DNA of 24,967 nt from positions 1 through 24,967 of IMG/VR virus record IMGVR_UViG_3300045457_000062; one strand, 5' to 3'. The first letter of the stretch is position 1, and every line of letters starts with the position of its first letter. Of the stretch, positions 16,319 through 23,672 are shown piece after piece. The stretch is from a virus (lineage: Duplodnaviria > Caudoviricetes). The notes beneath the pieces are model-generated. The model was not told the DNA's origin. It did no database searches and saw nothing but the letters and a program-made list of their open reading frames with translations. A program made the translations under genes and the position numbers.

Positions 16319-17334
16319 TACTCACCCTTTTCAAGCAGACACATATCTTCAACAAGTGCCTTAAAATCATACTTTGGAGTCCAATCTAATGTGAATCGTG
16401 CTTTGGTAGGATCACCTAGCAGTAATTGAACCTCTGCCGGACGATAAAAATATGGATTGATATTGATAACAATCTTATCAGTCTTTCTATCAATACCAAC
16501 TTCATTCTCTGCCTTACCACGCCATTCAATATCCATATCAAAATATTTGGCAGCAACCTCAATAAACTCTCTGACAGTATGTAGTTTGCCTGTAGCAACC
16601 ACATAATCATCAGGAGTATGGTGCTGCAACATCTTATGCATCACCTCAACATAATCTTTAGCATGGCCCCAATCTCTTTGGGCATCAATATTACCCATAG
16701 TAACAAATTCTTGCTTACCGAGTGCTACTCGTTTCAGACCATGAATGACCTTGCGAGTAACAAAGTTTGTACCACGACGAGGGCTTTCGTGATTGAATAG
16801 AATGCCATTACAGTTAAACATACCATATGACTCACGATAGTTTACCGACATCCAATGTGCGGCCAATTTAGCACAACCATATGGCGAACGGGGATAGAAT
16901 GGTGTTGTTTCTCTCTGTGGAGTTTCTTGAACGAGTCCAAACATTTCAGATGTTGATGCCTGATAAAACTTTGGATTGTGTCCAGCAACTTTTAGTTTGC
17001 GAAGGCCTTCTAGAATACCTGTGGTGCCAACAGCAATACATTGCATCGTGTATTCAGGAATATCAAACGAAACTCTAACATCTGATTGTGCTGCGATGTT
17101 ATATGTTTCGTCAGGCTTAATTTCTAGAATGTTATCTATAACAGCCGATGGTGATGTTAGATCACAATAGATAAGATTTAGATTTTTATGATTTCTTATG
17201 GATTCTATATTAGAATAATTGGGTGTGGATGATCTACGGACAAAACCGTAGACCTCATATCCTTTATCTAATAGAAGTTCAGCAAGATATGATCCGTCTT
17301 GCCCGGTGATTCCAGTAACAATCGCTTTCTTCAT
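16318..17334 (-). CDS. gmd: GDP-mannose 4,6-dehydratase
   Basis: TGITGQDGSYLAELLL, QASTSEMFG, PFYPRSPYGCAK, LFNHESPRRG, RDWGHAKDYV. GAGG RBS before ATG 17334. Confidence 0.96.
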   Translation of the reverse strand: MKKAIVTGITGQDGSYLAELLLDKGYEVYGFVRRSSTPNYSNIESIRNHKNLNLIYCDLTSPSAVIDNILEIKPDETYNIAAQSDVRVSFDIPEYTMQCIAVGTTGILEGLRKLKVAGHNPKFYQASTSEMFGLVQETPQRETTPFYPRSPYGCAKLAAHWMSVNYRESYGMFNCNGILFNHESPRRGTNFVTRKVIHGLKRVALGKQEFVTMGNIDAQRDWGHAKDYVEVMHKMLQHHTPDDYVVATGKLHTVREFIEVAAKYFDMDIEWRGKAENEVGIDRKTDKIVININPYFYRPAEVQLLLGDPTKARFTLDWTPKYDFKALVEDMCLLEKGE

Positions 17335-17335
17335 A

Positions 17336-18226
17336 TTATCCCTCATAAACAAACATATGCCACCAAAGATAAAACTGATGTAAATCAGTGTAACAGTTAG
17401 GTCTGTTATCAACAAATGGAGGCTGATATAACATATCTAGGTATTCGTTTTTACCTTCTGGTGAGTCAAGATGCTTGGTATAATCAATGACTCTATCAAA
17501 AGTGCCAAAGTCATGACTATTGATAAATGCTTTCTTGTTAAAGTCTCGGTGAACTGTATTGTTTGCGCCCCAATAGATAGGTACAGTATTAGCCTGAAAC
17601 GCATTCAAAATCTTTTCGGTCACATATCCAGGATAAGTTTGATTTTCAAATGCTATATTGAATTTATACTTATTCAAGAAATTAATCTTATGTTCTAGTT
17701 TATCTCTAGGCAAAATGAAACCTGTATTGTTCAGATGTGGCCCTGCCGAATCAACCTGCTTGTATGCACAAATCATAGGAAAGAAAGTGTTACGAACAGA
17801 AGATTTAGGATTGGACTGAACAAAAGAACAAAACTTTCTGTTCCAATTTTTCTCAGGATCACCCAAGTCACGATTACACAACTGTAAGTAATCATCCGTC
17901 CAATGCTCAAAATGAACAGCACTCCACATATCTAAAACATATAGTGGTAATCGGTAATGTCTGGGACTATTCTCTGGATCAAATGTTATGGCATGATTGT
18001 ATGTTAGATAGTCTGGACGAACATTTTCTCCTGTATAAAAGATTTTCTTAGCACGTCCATTGAACTTGTTATGTGCTTTACCAAAGTTACTATCACCAAA
18101 GATAACATACTTTGGGTTTTGATTATCAATAGTAACATCGTAGTATTCACTTAGAACCGTTGTAAAAAACAGTTCTGCGGTCGCAAAGGTATCAGAGAAA
18201 CCGAGGAGAAGAGGCGGCTTACTCAT
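17336..18226 (-). CDS. GT10 alpha-1,3/4-fucosyltransferase-like protein
   Basis: IFYTGEN.RPD, KFCSFVQSNP, and the alpha-1,3-FucT motif YKFNIAFEN..YPGYVTEKI..AF...TVPIYWG as in Helicobacter FutA. Confidence 0.9.
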   Translation of the reverse strand: MSKPPLLLGFSDTFATAELFFTTVLSEYYDVTIDNQNPKYVIFGDSNFGKAHNKFNGRAKKIFYTGENVRPDYLTYNHAITFDPENSPRHYRLPLYVLDMWSAVHFEHWTDDYLQLCNRDLGDPEKNWNRKFCSFVQSNPKSSVRNTFFPMICAYKQVDSAGPHLNNTGFILPRDKLEHKINFLNKYKFNIAFENQTYPGYVTEKILNAFQANTVPIYWGANNTVHRDFNKKAFINSHDFGTFDRVIDYTKHLDSPEGKNEYLDMLYQPPFVDNRPNCYTDLHQFYLWWHMFVYEG

Positions 18227-18843
18227 TACTTATACCAAAAAAATGAACTGTTAGTTGTTAGATTGATTGGTGCGGTAATCTTATTCTTTTCTCTGAAATC
18301 GTCTACGGCACGATGAACAGATTCCAATGCAGAGTAATCATGGCCGCAAAATATACCACCCTTCTTTAGTAAAGGATAGTATGCTTCACAATCTGCTAAT
18401 GTTGCTTCATATGAATGATCGCCATCAACAAAGATAAAGTCAAATGGTGTATCATCTTGTGAATTTAGAATTGTCTTGATCTTAGAGGCTGCATCTAATG
18501 ATGTTTCACGGATCATTTGAACACGTTCACCGAACGACTTTAGGTTCTCTTCGGCAATCATTAGAAACTTATCTATGACCTCTTGATTAAGTTCACCAGC
18601 CCAGTCTTCATATGCTTTATATGGATCGATTGTGTAAAGTTTTAGAACATTATCACAACGACTAAGAATATCATATGTGCTTTCCGCACGACAAGTTCCA
18701 ATTTCAAGTCCCACAAGATTGTCACCTTGTCTCTTTATGTAAGGAACAAGACCTTTAGTAGAAGTCCATTCAATAGGCCATTTACTAGCACTCTTAAGTT
18801 CGTCTACCGTCATAAAATCTGTTTCAGTCAATTCAATTGCCAT
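18226..18843 (-). CDS. Class I SAM-dependent O-methyltransferase (Methyltransf_24-like)
   Basis: GLEIGT, IDPY, FDFIFVDGDHSYE, LLKKGGIFCGHDY. Confidence 0.88.
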   Translation of the reverse strand: MAIELTETDFMTVDELKSASKWPIEWTSTKGLVPYIKRQGDNLVGLEIGTCRAESTYDILSRCDNVLKLYTIDPYKAYEDWAGELNQEVIDKFLMIAEENLKSFGERVQMIRETSLDAASKIKTILNSQDDTPFDFIFVDGDHSYEATLADCEAYYPLLKKGGIFCGHDYSALESVHRAVDDFREKNKITAPINLTTNSSFFWYK

Positions 18844-18844
18844 A

Positions 18845-19753
18845 TTAGTCTCCATACACATTCTGTATCATTTTATTCCAATCAGGTACACGATCCCATT
18901 GATGCAAAACTGTTACCTTCTCACCATTTACATGAACACTATTATCTTTAATAGTATAGTTCAATTCTTCTAAAAAGTCAATCTTCATATTAGGATTGAT
19001 TACATATGCTTCGCCTATACCACCAGAGCCCGCCTCGATTGCAGGCATTGACGTGCCGGCATGTAGTACCCAACCATTAGAAGGCATCGTTAATAATGTG
19101 GAGAAATGATATGTTTCAAAATCAAGCATGATATTCATCGCAGCCTGATCCGGGCCGCCGCCACCTTCTATCCAAGGATTTAAGCCACGACATATTAGCC
19201 AAAGATTTAGACAGAAATCTTTTATAGTGTCTAACTGTCCGGCAATCACACCAGCACAAAAGATAGGATCATCTTTCTTACGATCAAGAAAGTATTCACC
19301 AAATGATTTAGCAAGGTTGTTACTTCCCCACGGTTCGTTACCATATGTCATGTTCTCTGATCCAACCAGAAGATTATAACCATTTAGAAAATATTCATCT
19401 AACCATTCTGTAGGATTACTTTGAAACACAACATCCCTAACGTCAGTAATAATAACACGATCTACCATTTCAGGATCGTTTAACATATTGAGAAAATGAT
19501 GTATATGCAGAAAACGGTCAACCATAATGTTGCTATTACCTTCATACACAAACCCATTTTTGTCATCACTAGGACCGACACCAATCAACATAAACTGTTT
19601 TTGTGTGAGAAGTTCAACTGTTTCTTTATTCATATTATATACGATAAGAGCCTTGTATCCATCAAAGCCCGACTTTTCAATAGAGTTGGCCCAATACTTA
19701 ATCTTATCCCAATCGTAATTATCTACGACGCCTATAATCACGTCTTTAGCCAT
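18845..19753 (-). CDS. Putative GT-A fold glycosyltransferase
   Basis: TDVRDVVFQSNP (DxxD), CAGVIAG, DQAAMN and HQWDR motifs, within the glycan cluster. Confidence 0.72.
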   Translation of the reverse strand: MAKDVIIGVVDNYDWDKIKYWANSIEKSGFDGYKALIVYNMNKETVELLTQKQFMLIGVGPSDDKNGFVYEGNSNIMVDRFLHIHHFLNMLNDPEMVDRVIITDVRDVVFQSNPTEWLDEYFLNGYNLLVGSENMTYGNEPWGSNNLAKSFGEYFLDRKKDDPIFCAGVIAGQLDTIKDFCLNLWLICRGLNPWIEGGGGPDQAAMNIMLDFETYHFSTLLTMPSNGWVLHAGTSMPAIEAGSGGIGEAYVINPNMKIDFLEELNYTIKDNSVHVNGEKVTVLHQWDRVPDWNKMIQNVYGD

Positions 19754-20478
19754 GGAAACCTACCTCCGTAATATGCCTCTTGTGTGGCATTACCTTCAAC
19801 AAAAAAATCTTTCGTAACTGAATTAGGATTACCGTCTAGACGATAGCAAAGTGTGTGCTTACCATTTGTATCATACTTGGCATGTTCTTTTACAGCATAA
19901 AAGAATGCTCTATCACCACCCCAACCTGTGTGCCAGAAATGACAAGTCTTTTGAATGAACTCTCTTTTGAAGCAGAAAGAAGATGTATCAATCAGATAAT
20001 GCTTGCCATGGGGTGAATGACGAGACATAAAGATTTCCCACTTCCCAAGACTTTCACAGTTATCATCACAAAGGTACTTTTTATCAGGTGAGAAAATCTT
20101 GCGAAGTGAGTAGGAGAAATCCAAATTCTTCTTTTCAATTGTTTCAATTAGTGAAGCAACATGGTCAGGTTCATACCAGTTGTCTTCGTCAAGAAATAGA
20201 ATATAGTGTGAATTGATTAGATGTGGATAAGCGGCATAGATACGATGCCCATAGAACTCACCACCGGTCTTACCTGTGTTCTCTGGTGTTTGCACAATCT
20301 CACAACCATCAGATCCACACATATTGACAACTCGATCCCAATACTCAGGACCATCGACCACAAGCAAATGCTTACAACTATAAGTCTGCTTCTTAACAGA
20401 CATGATAGCATCAAGGAGTTTTTCAGAACCGATTGTAGGAGTAATAACTGTTACGGGTTTTTCAATCACTAGATTCAT
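19738..20478 (-). CDS. GT2 family glycosyltransferase
   Basis: VITPT, SVKKQTY, VVDG, FLDEDNWYEPDH (DxD), IDTSSF. Confidence 0.9.
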   Translation of the reverse strand: MNLVIEKPVTVITPTIGSEKLLDAIMSVKKQTYSCKHLLVVDGPEYWDRVVNMCGSDGCEIVQTPENTGKTGGEFYGHRIYAAYPHLINSHYILFLDEDNWYEPDHVASLIETIEKKNLDFSYSLRKIFSPDKKYLCDDNCESLGKWEIFMSRHSPHGKHYLIDTSSFCFKREFIQKTCHFWHTGWGGDRAFFYAVKEHAKYDTNGKHTLCYRLDGNPNSVTKDFFVEGNATQEAYYGGRFPWLKT

Positions 20479-20491
20479 AATATGTCCTCAT

Positions 20492-20533
20492 AAAGAGAAG
20501 GCCGAGGCGTACCTTGCGGCAGAGGCCCCGACC
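20492..20533 (-). terminator. GC-rich GCAA-tetraloop hairpin with a pyrimidine tail, between hsp20 and the glycan cluster
   Basis: GGTCGGGGC-CTC-TGCC-GCAA-GGTA-C-GCCTCGGCC followed by TTCTCTTT. Confidence 0.6.
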
Positions 20534-20542
20534 GTGTCATTC

Positions 20543-21106
20543 TTATTTAGTATCCTTGGGAGTCATCACATCTGCGACTTTCTGTAGGCTTTCAGCCCAG
20601 ACCTTGCCGCTCTCGGTGAGAAGTTGCTTTGTCGTCTCCTGGATGCCGAACGGATCCATGATGTCGATCTTCTTTGGCTTCTTCTCCTCTGGAATAAAGC
20701 GTTCAAGAAAGATTTTGAGCATACCGTTAGCAAGTTCCGCATTCTTGACCTCCACTGAATCTGCGATGGTAAACTTTCTAGTAAAAGCACGATTAGCAAT
20801 ACCCTTGTGAAGGTAGTCGCCTTCTTCGGTTTCAGTATTGCCTGTAATCGTTAACACACCATCTTTCAGTTCAATGTCAAGATTATGCTTGCCGAATCCT
20901 GCTACAGCCATTTCAATGGTGTAATGTTCATCGTCAATCTTTTTGACATTGTATGGTGGATATGCTGGAATCTTAGGTAGGTATTCTTGTGCTTCTGCGA
21001 TCCGTTGCAGCACTTGATCAAAGCCGATAGCGCCCTTTGATATGTCATTAGCGAATGTGAAAGGATCAAACCAGATACGGTCTGTTGAGCGATTGTTATT
21101 TCCCAT
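20543..21106 (-). CDS. hsp20: Small heat-shock protein (Hsp20/IbpA-like)
   Basis: IGFD, YPPYNV, IEMAVAGF, YLHKGIANRAFTRKF, A.L.NGML.I.L, PEEKKPKKIDI (IxI), then a tail of about 37 aa. Confidence 0.95.
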   Translation of the reverse strand: MGNNNRSTDRIWFDPFTFANDISKGAIGFDQVLQRIAEAQEYLPKIPAYPPYNVKKIDDEHYTIEMAVAGFGKHNLDIELKDGVLTITGNTETEEGDYLHKGIANRAFTRKFTIADSVEVKNAELANGMLKIFLERFIPEEKKPKKIDIMDPFGIQETTKQLLTESGKVWAESLQKVADVMTPKDTK

Positions 21107-21161
21107 TTGTTTCTCCTATAGTTAGCGAGAAGTAAGGAATGATGCCTTCGTGACACCATTC
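21107..21161 (-). ncRNA. ROSE-like RNA thermometer in the hsp20 5' UTR
   Basis: Hairpin 1 GAAUGGUGUC-ACGAA-GGCAUCAUUC. Hairpin 2 UUCUC-G-CUA-ACUA-UAG-GAGAA pairs the AGGAG SD with a UCGCU motif containing a bulged G. Confidence 0.75.
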
Positions 21162-21168
21162 TCGTAGT

Positions 21169-21198
21169 ATTATATAGTAAACTTTGTATGTTTGTCAA
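21169..21198 (-). promoter_or_regulatory. Sigma70-type promoter of hsp20
   Basis: TTGACA (21198-21193), 18-bp spacer, TATAAT (21174-21169). The predicted start lies just before hairpin 1. Confidence 0.78.
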
Positions 21199-21206
21199 GA
21201 AAAATT

Positions 21207-21587
21207 TTATCCTACCAGCCAATATATCCCGTTACTGAACACAGGAACATTGTTGGTACCGCCTGTGAAAACTCTTGCACCAAACGTATTGACATTACTA
21301 TCAGACACAAATGATCTTGATCCGGTGCCAATTACTGCTGGATCAGGAAGATTTGATACGGTATATACAACTGTTTTGAATATATTAGATGTTACAGTAT
21401 TCGCAAAATATGCATTGGCATTTACAACACCTGAGGTGCTAACATCAAACACTGTGTTTGAGTTTGCTTGTAATCTGATTAATCGTGAAGAGGTGTTCTG
21501 ACCAATATCAACTGCATTGAAACCAAGACCTATCTTGGCATTTGCGTCAATCCATATTGCTGATACATTTGAAATTGCTACTGTCAT
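21207..21587 (-). CDS. Putative virion/tail-associated protein
   Basis: Asn/Thr/Val-rich beta protein. The C-terminal YTVSNLP...G.RSFVSD...GG.N.VPVFSNG..W.VG resembles a module found at the ends of phage tail proteins. Confidence 0.55.
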   Translation of the reverse strand: MTVAISNVSAIWIDANAKIGLGFNAVDIGQNTSSRLIRLQANSNTVFDVSTSGVVNANAYFANTVTSNIFKTVVYTVSNLPDPAVIGTGSRSFVSDSNVNTFGARVFTGGTNNVPVFSNGIYWLVG

Positions 21588-22270
21588 AGTGTCACCAATG
21601 ATGCTGTAAGATTTTGTGATGGAAAATCAAAAAACGAATCTACTACTATATAGTCACCATTATCTGAAAGTATTGCATCGGTCACTGATGATACCGATGG
21701 ATACGCATATGTATTAGCCGTAGGAGGATATAGATGCCTACTGTCAATGTATGCTGTGAAAGTAAATGTAGCACCAGTATTTTGTCCGACAGCGGTTTGT
21801 CCTGTTTGTGGTGGCTGTCCTTGCATATTATTCATTTGCATAGAACCGCCACCACCACCTAAATTGGCGATACTAGACACTTGACCTATAAGTTGCTGAC
21901 CTACTTTTAGTAGTTCACCAGGCTGCATATTACCCGATAACATACCAAGACCTAATGCACCCGCTCCATTATTACCATTGCCAATAAATACTTTCTGAGA
22001 ACCTTTTGCAGGTATAGGCAAACCGGTTTGATGTATAATCGTACCTATAATATCTGGTGCTGCTGTATCTTTTAGAGCAGCAATAGCAGGCTGACCCTGG
22101 ATAAACACTTTAGGATTATTAGCCTGTAATGCGCCTAAGTTGCTATGTGTATCTGTGTCACCTTGAACAGACGCAAGTATATTATCAGAAAAAACCTTCG
22201 TGTTTAATCCTAACGATTGTGTAATAGCACCACACATTCTAGGATCAAGAAATCTAAATAACGGAAACAT
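21584..22270 (-). CDS. PAAR-like (gp5.4-like) spike-tip protein with a C-terminal extension
   Basis: Residues 1-97 show three repeats ending in KVF, with D.RMCGA, GD.DTH and H...P.PAKGSQKVFIG. A Gly/Gln-rich linker and further domain follow. Confidence 0.65.
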   Translation of the reverse strand: MFPLFRFLDPRMCGAITQSLGLNTKVFSDNILASVQGDTDTHSNLGALQANNPKVFIQGQPAIAALKDTAAPDIIGTIIHQTGLPIPAKGSQKVFIGNGNNGAGALGLGMLSGNMQPGELLKVGQQLIGQVSSIANLGGGGGSMQMNNMQGQPPQTGQTAVGQNTGATFTFTAYIDSRHLYPPTANTYAYPSVSSVTDAILSDNGDYIVVDSFFDFPSQNLTASLVTL

Positions 22271-22871
22271 TTTTCTTTGGTCTTCCTCTACCTCTCTTAG
22301 GAGGTTCTGGCTTTACAAAATCGGGGATTTTTGGTTCAGAGATATTTAGCGTGATTTCACCACCTTCATCTTTTACACCTGTTGATCCCATCCCACCAAC
22401 ACGGGTTGTCTTTACACCAGGTCTAGCAGCAGTTTCTACAATAGAATACTCAGCATCCCTGATTAGTTCTGCCTGTGCAATACGATCACCTGTAGTGATG
22501 TTGATTTGATTGTCAGAAATATTCCACACCAGAACCATTAGTTCTTCTACGTAATCAGAGTCAATAACACCCTCGGCATTTGCAAGAACCAATCCCTGCT
22601 TTAGTGATAGTCCTGACCGTGCATGAACACGAACCGAGTGTCCTGTTGGAATATCTAGAATAAGACCTGTAGGAACCATAACACGGTCACCTGGCTGTAT
22701 TGTAACCAGATTATTCATGGGACGAGTAAAGGCTTTATTGTTTCTAGTGAAACCCTTATACTCTTTCTTACCATGTCCTTGAAACTGCAAATCAAAGCAG
22801 GCAGAACCTGCTGTCTGCTTTTTAGGAGTCTGATTTGAGGGGTGTGTTTTCCAAATCTTCAATGTTTCCAT
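22254..22871 (-). CDS. dut: Trimeric dUTPase with a C-terminal AT-hook-like tail
   Basis: Motifs AGSACFDL, ARSGLS, GVIDSDY, GDRIAQ, RVGGMGSTG, followed by about 40 aa ending PPKRGRGRPKK. Confidence 0.92.
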   Translation of the reverse strand: METLKIWKTHPSNQTPKKQTAGSACFDLQFQGHGKKEYKGFTRNNKAFTRPMNNLVTIQPGDRVMVPTGLILDIPTGHSVRVHARSGLSLKQGLVLANAEGVIDSDYVEELMVLVWNISDNQINITTGDRIAQAELIRDAEYSIVETAARPGVKTTRVGGMGSTGVKDEGGEITLNISEPKIPDFVKPEPPKRGRGRPKKNVSVI

Positions 22872-22885
22872 AACAAACTCGCTTT

Positions 22886-23299
22886 CTATTCGTCTTCGTT
22901 GTGACGTTTCCTACCCAGTGAATACTTAGCGACCAAGTTCCACTCTGGCTTTTCCATATATGATATGATCTTGATTCTGTTTAGTGGTGTTAGAGGTTCT
23001 TTACTCTTGTCAGGATCAACAAGAGTTACAAGTTCCCATTCTGCCAATAGATTGGCAATGGTATTTCTTCTACCACGATCCTCTTCTGAGAAGTCAGTAG
23101 ACTTACCATCTAACATGAACATTTCTTTGAAATGCACCAAATAATAACGACCTTGCTTATGTAGGATGTGACATGACTGATAGAGTGTTTTGTCTTTCTT
23201 AGACGCCACTCCAATACGAGTCAATGTCTCTTTCACTTTTAGAAAGGCCTGTGGATCAGGAAGCCTTACTTCCACGAAGTCTTCTAGGTTTGCTGTCAT
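22886..23299 (-). CDS. regA: RegA translational repressor
   Basis: FLKVKETLTRIGVAS, LYQSCHILHKQGRYYLVHFKEMF.LDG, RRNTIA.LL.EW, W.LV.KY.LG. Confidence 0.97.
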   Translation of the reverse strand: MTANLEDFVEVRLPDPQAFLKVKETLTRIGVASKKDKTLYQSCHILHKQGRYYLVHFKEMFMLDGKSTDFSEEDRGRRNTIANLLAEWELVTLVDPDKSKEPLTPLNRIKIISYMEKPEWNLVAKYSLGRKRHNEDE

Positions 23300-23672
23300 T
23301 TATGCCACCTTTGTTTAGTTCTTTTTTTATTTTTTCTAACTGAGTAGCGTTTAGCAAAACCAATGCTTCTTTGGCCTTTTCATTGGAATAGTTATAATAC
23401 TCCTTTACGGCATCTAAGTTGTCAATGGTCTCACGCTTCTCCCATTTACGAAAAGGGCGTTTATAGCCTCTTATGCTATTTAGCAAAAAATGGTATTGAA
23501 GATTAGCAGGTAGATGTGGATACTTGTTCATCTCATTAGCCTGCATAACGCAATCGTAGTGAAACGAGATGGCACGATTCACTACGAAAGCATTATAGTC
23601 CTTTTCGTTCTCTAGAACATTCTTCTTGGTCTGTAGAATGGATGGTATGATATCTCTGAATAAGTCACTCAT
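23256..23672 (-). CDS. 62: Clamp loader small subunit gp62
   Basis: Y..FVVNRAISF..D....ANEMN, QY.FLLNSIR..KR, VKEYYNYSNEKA, KGG; lies between gp44 and regA. Confidence 0.93.
   Translation of the reverse strand: MSDLFRDIIPSILQTKKNVLENEKDYNAFVVNRAISFHYDCVMQANEMNKYPHLPANLQYHFLLNSIRGYKRPFRKWEKRETIDNLDAVKEYYNYSNEKAKEALVLLNATQLEKIKKELNKGGINDSKPRRLRGSKAS

Noticed and set aside
14104-18861. Longer ORF-track starts (15405, 17415, 18861; also 12591 and 13145)
   Set aside because: They overlap upstream genes extensively; downstream ATGs with RBSs or stop/start coupling fit the family N-termini better.
11614-20478. Bacterial O-antigen locus or host contamination
   Set aside because: Gene overlaps run continuously into phage-type genes on the same strand with similar composition, and wzx, wzy and wzm/wzt are absent.
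7745-23483. Other minus-strand CTAAATA matches (7745, 11823, 22343, 23477) as late promoters
   Set aside because: Several matches are expected by chance in AT-rich DNA and these lie inside CDSs. The one at 22343, upstream of the PAAR-like gene, is plausible but unsupported.
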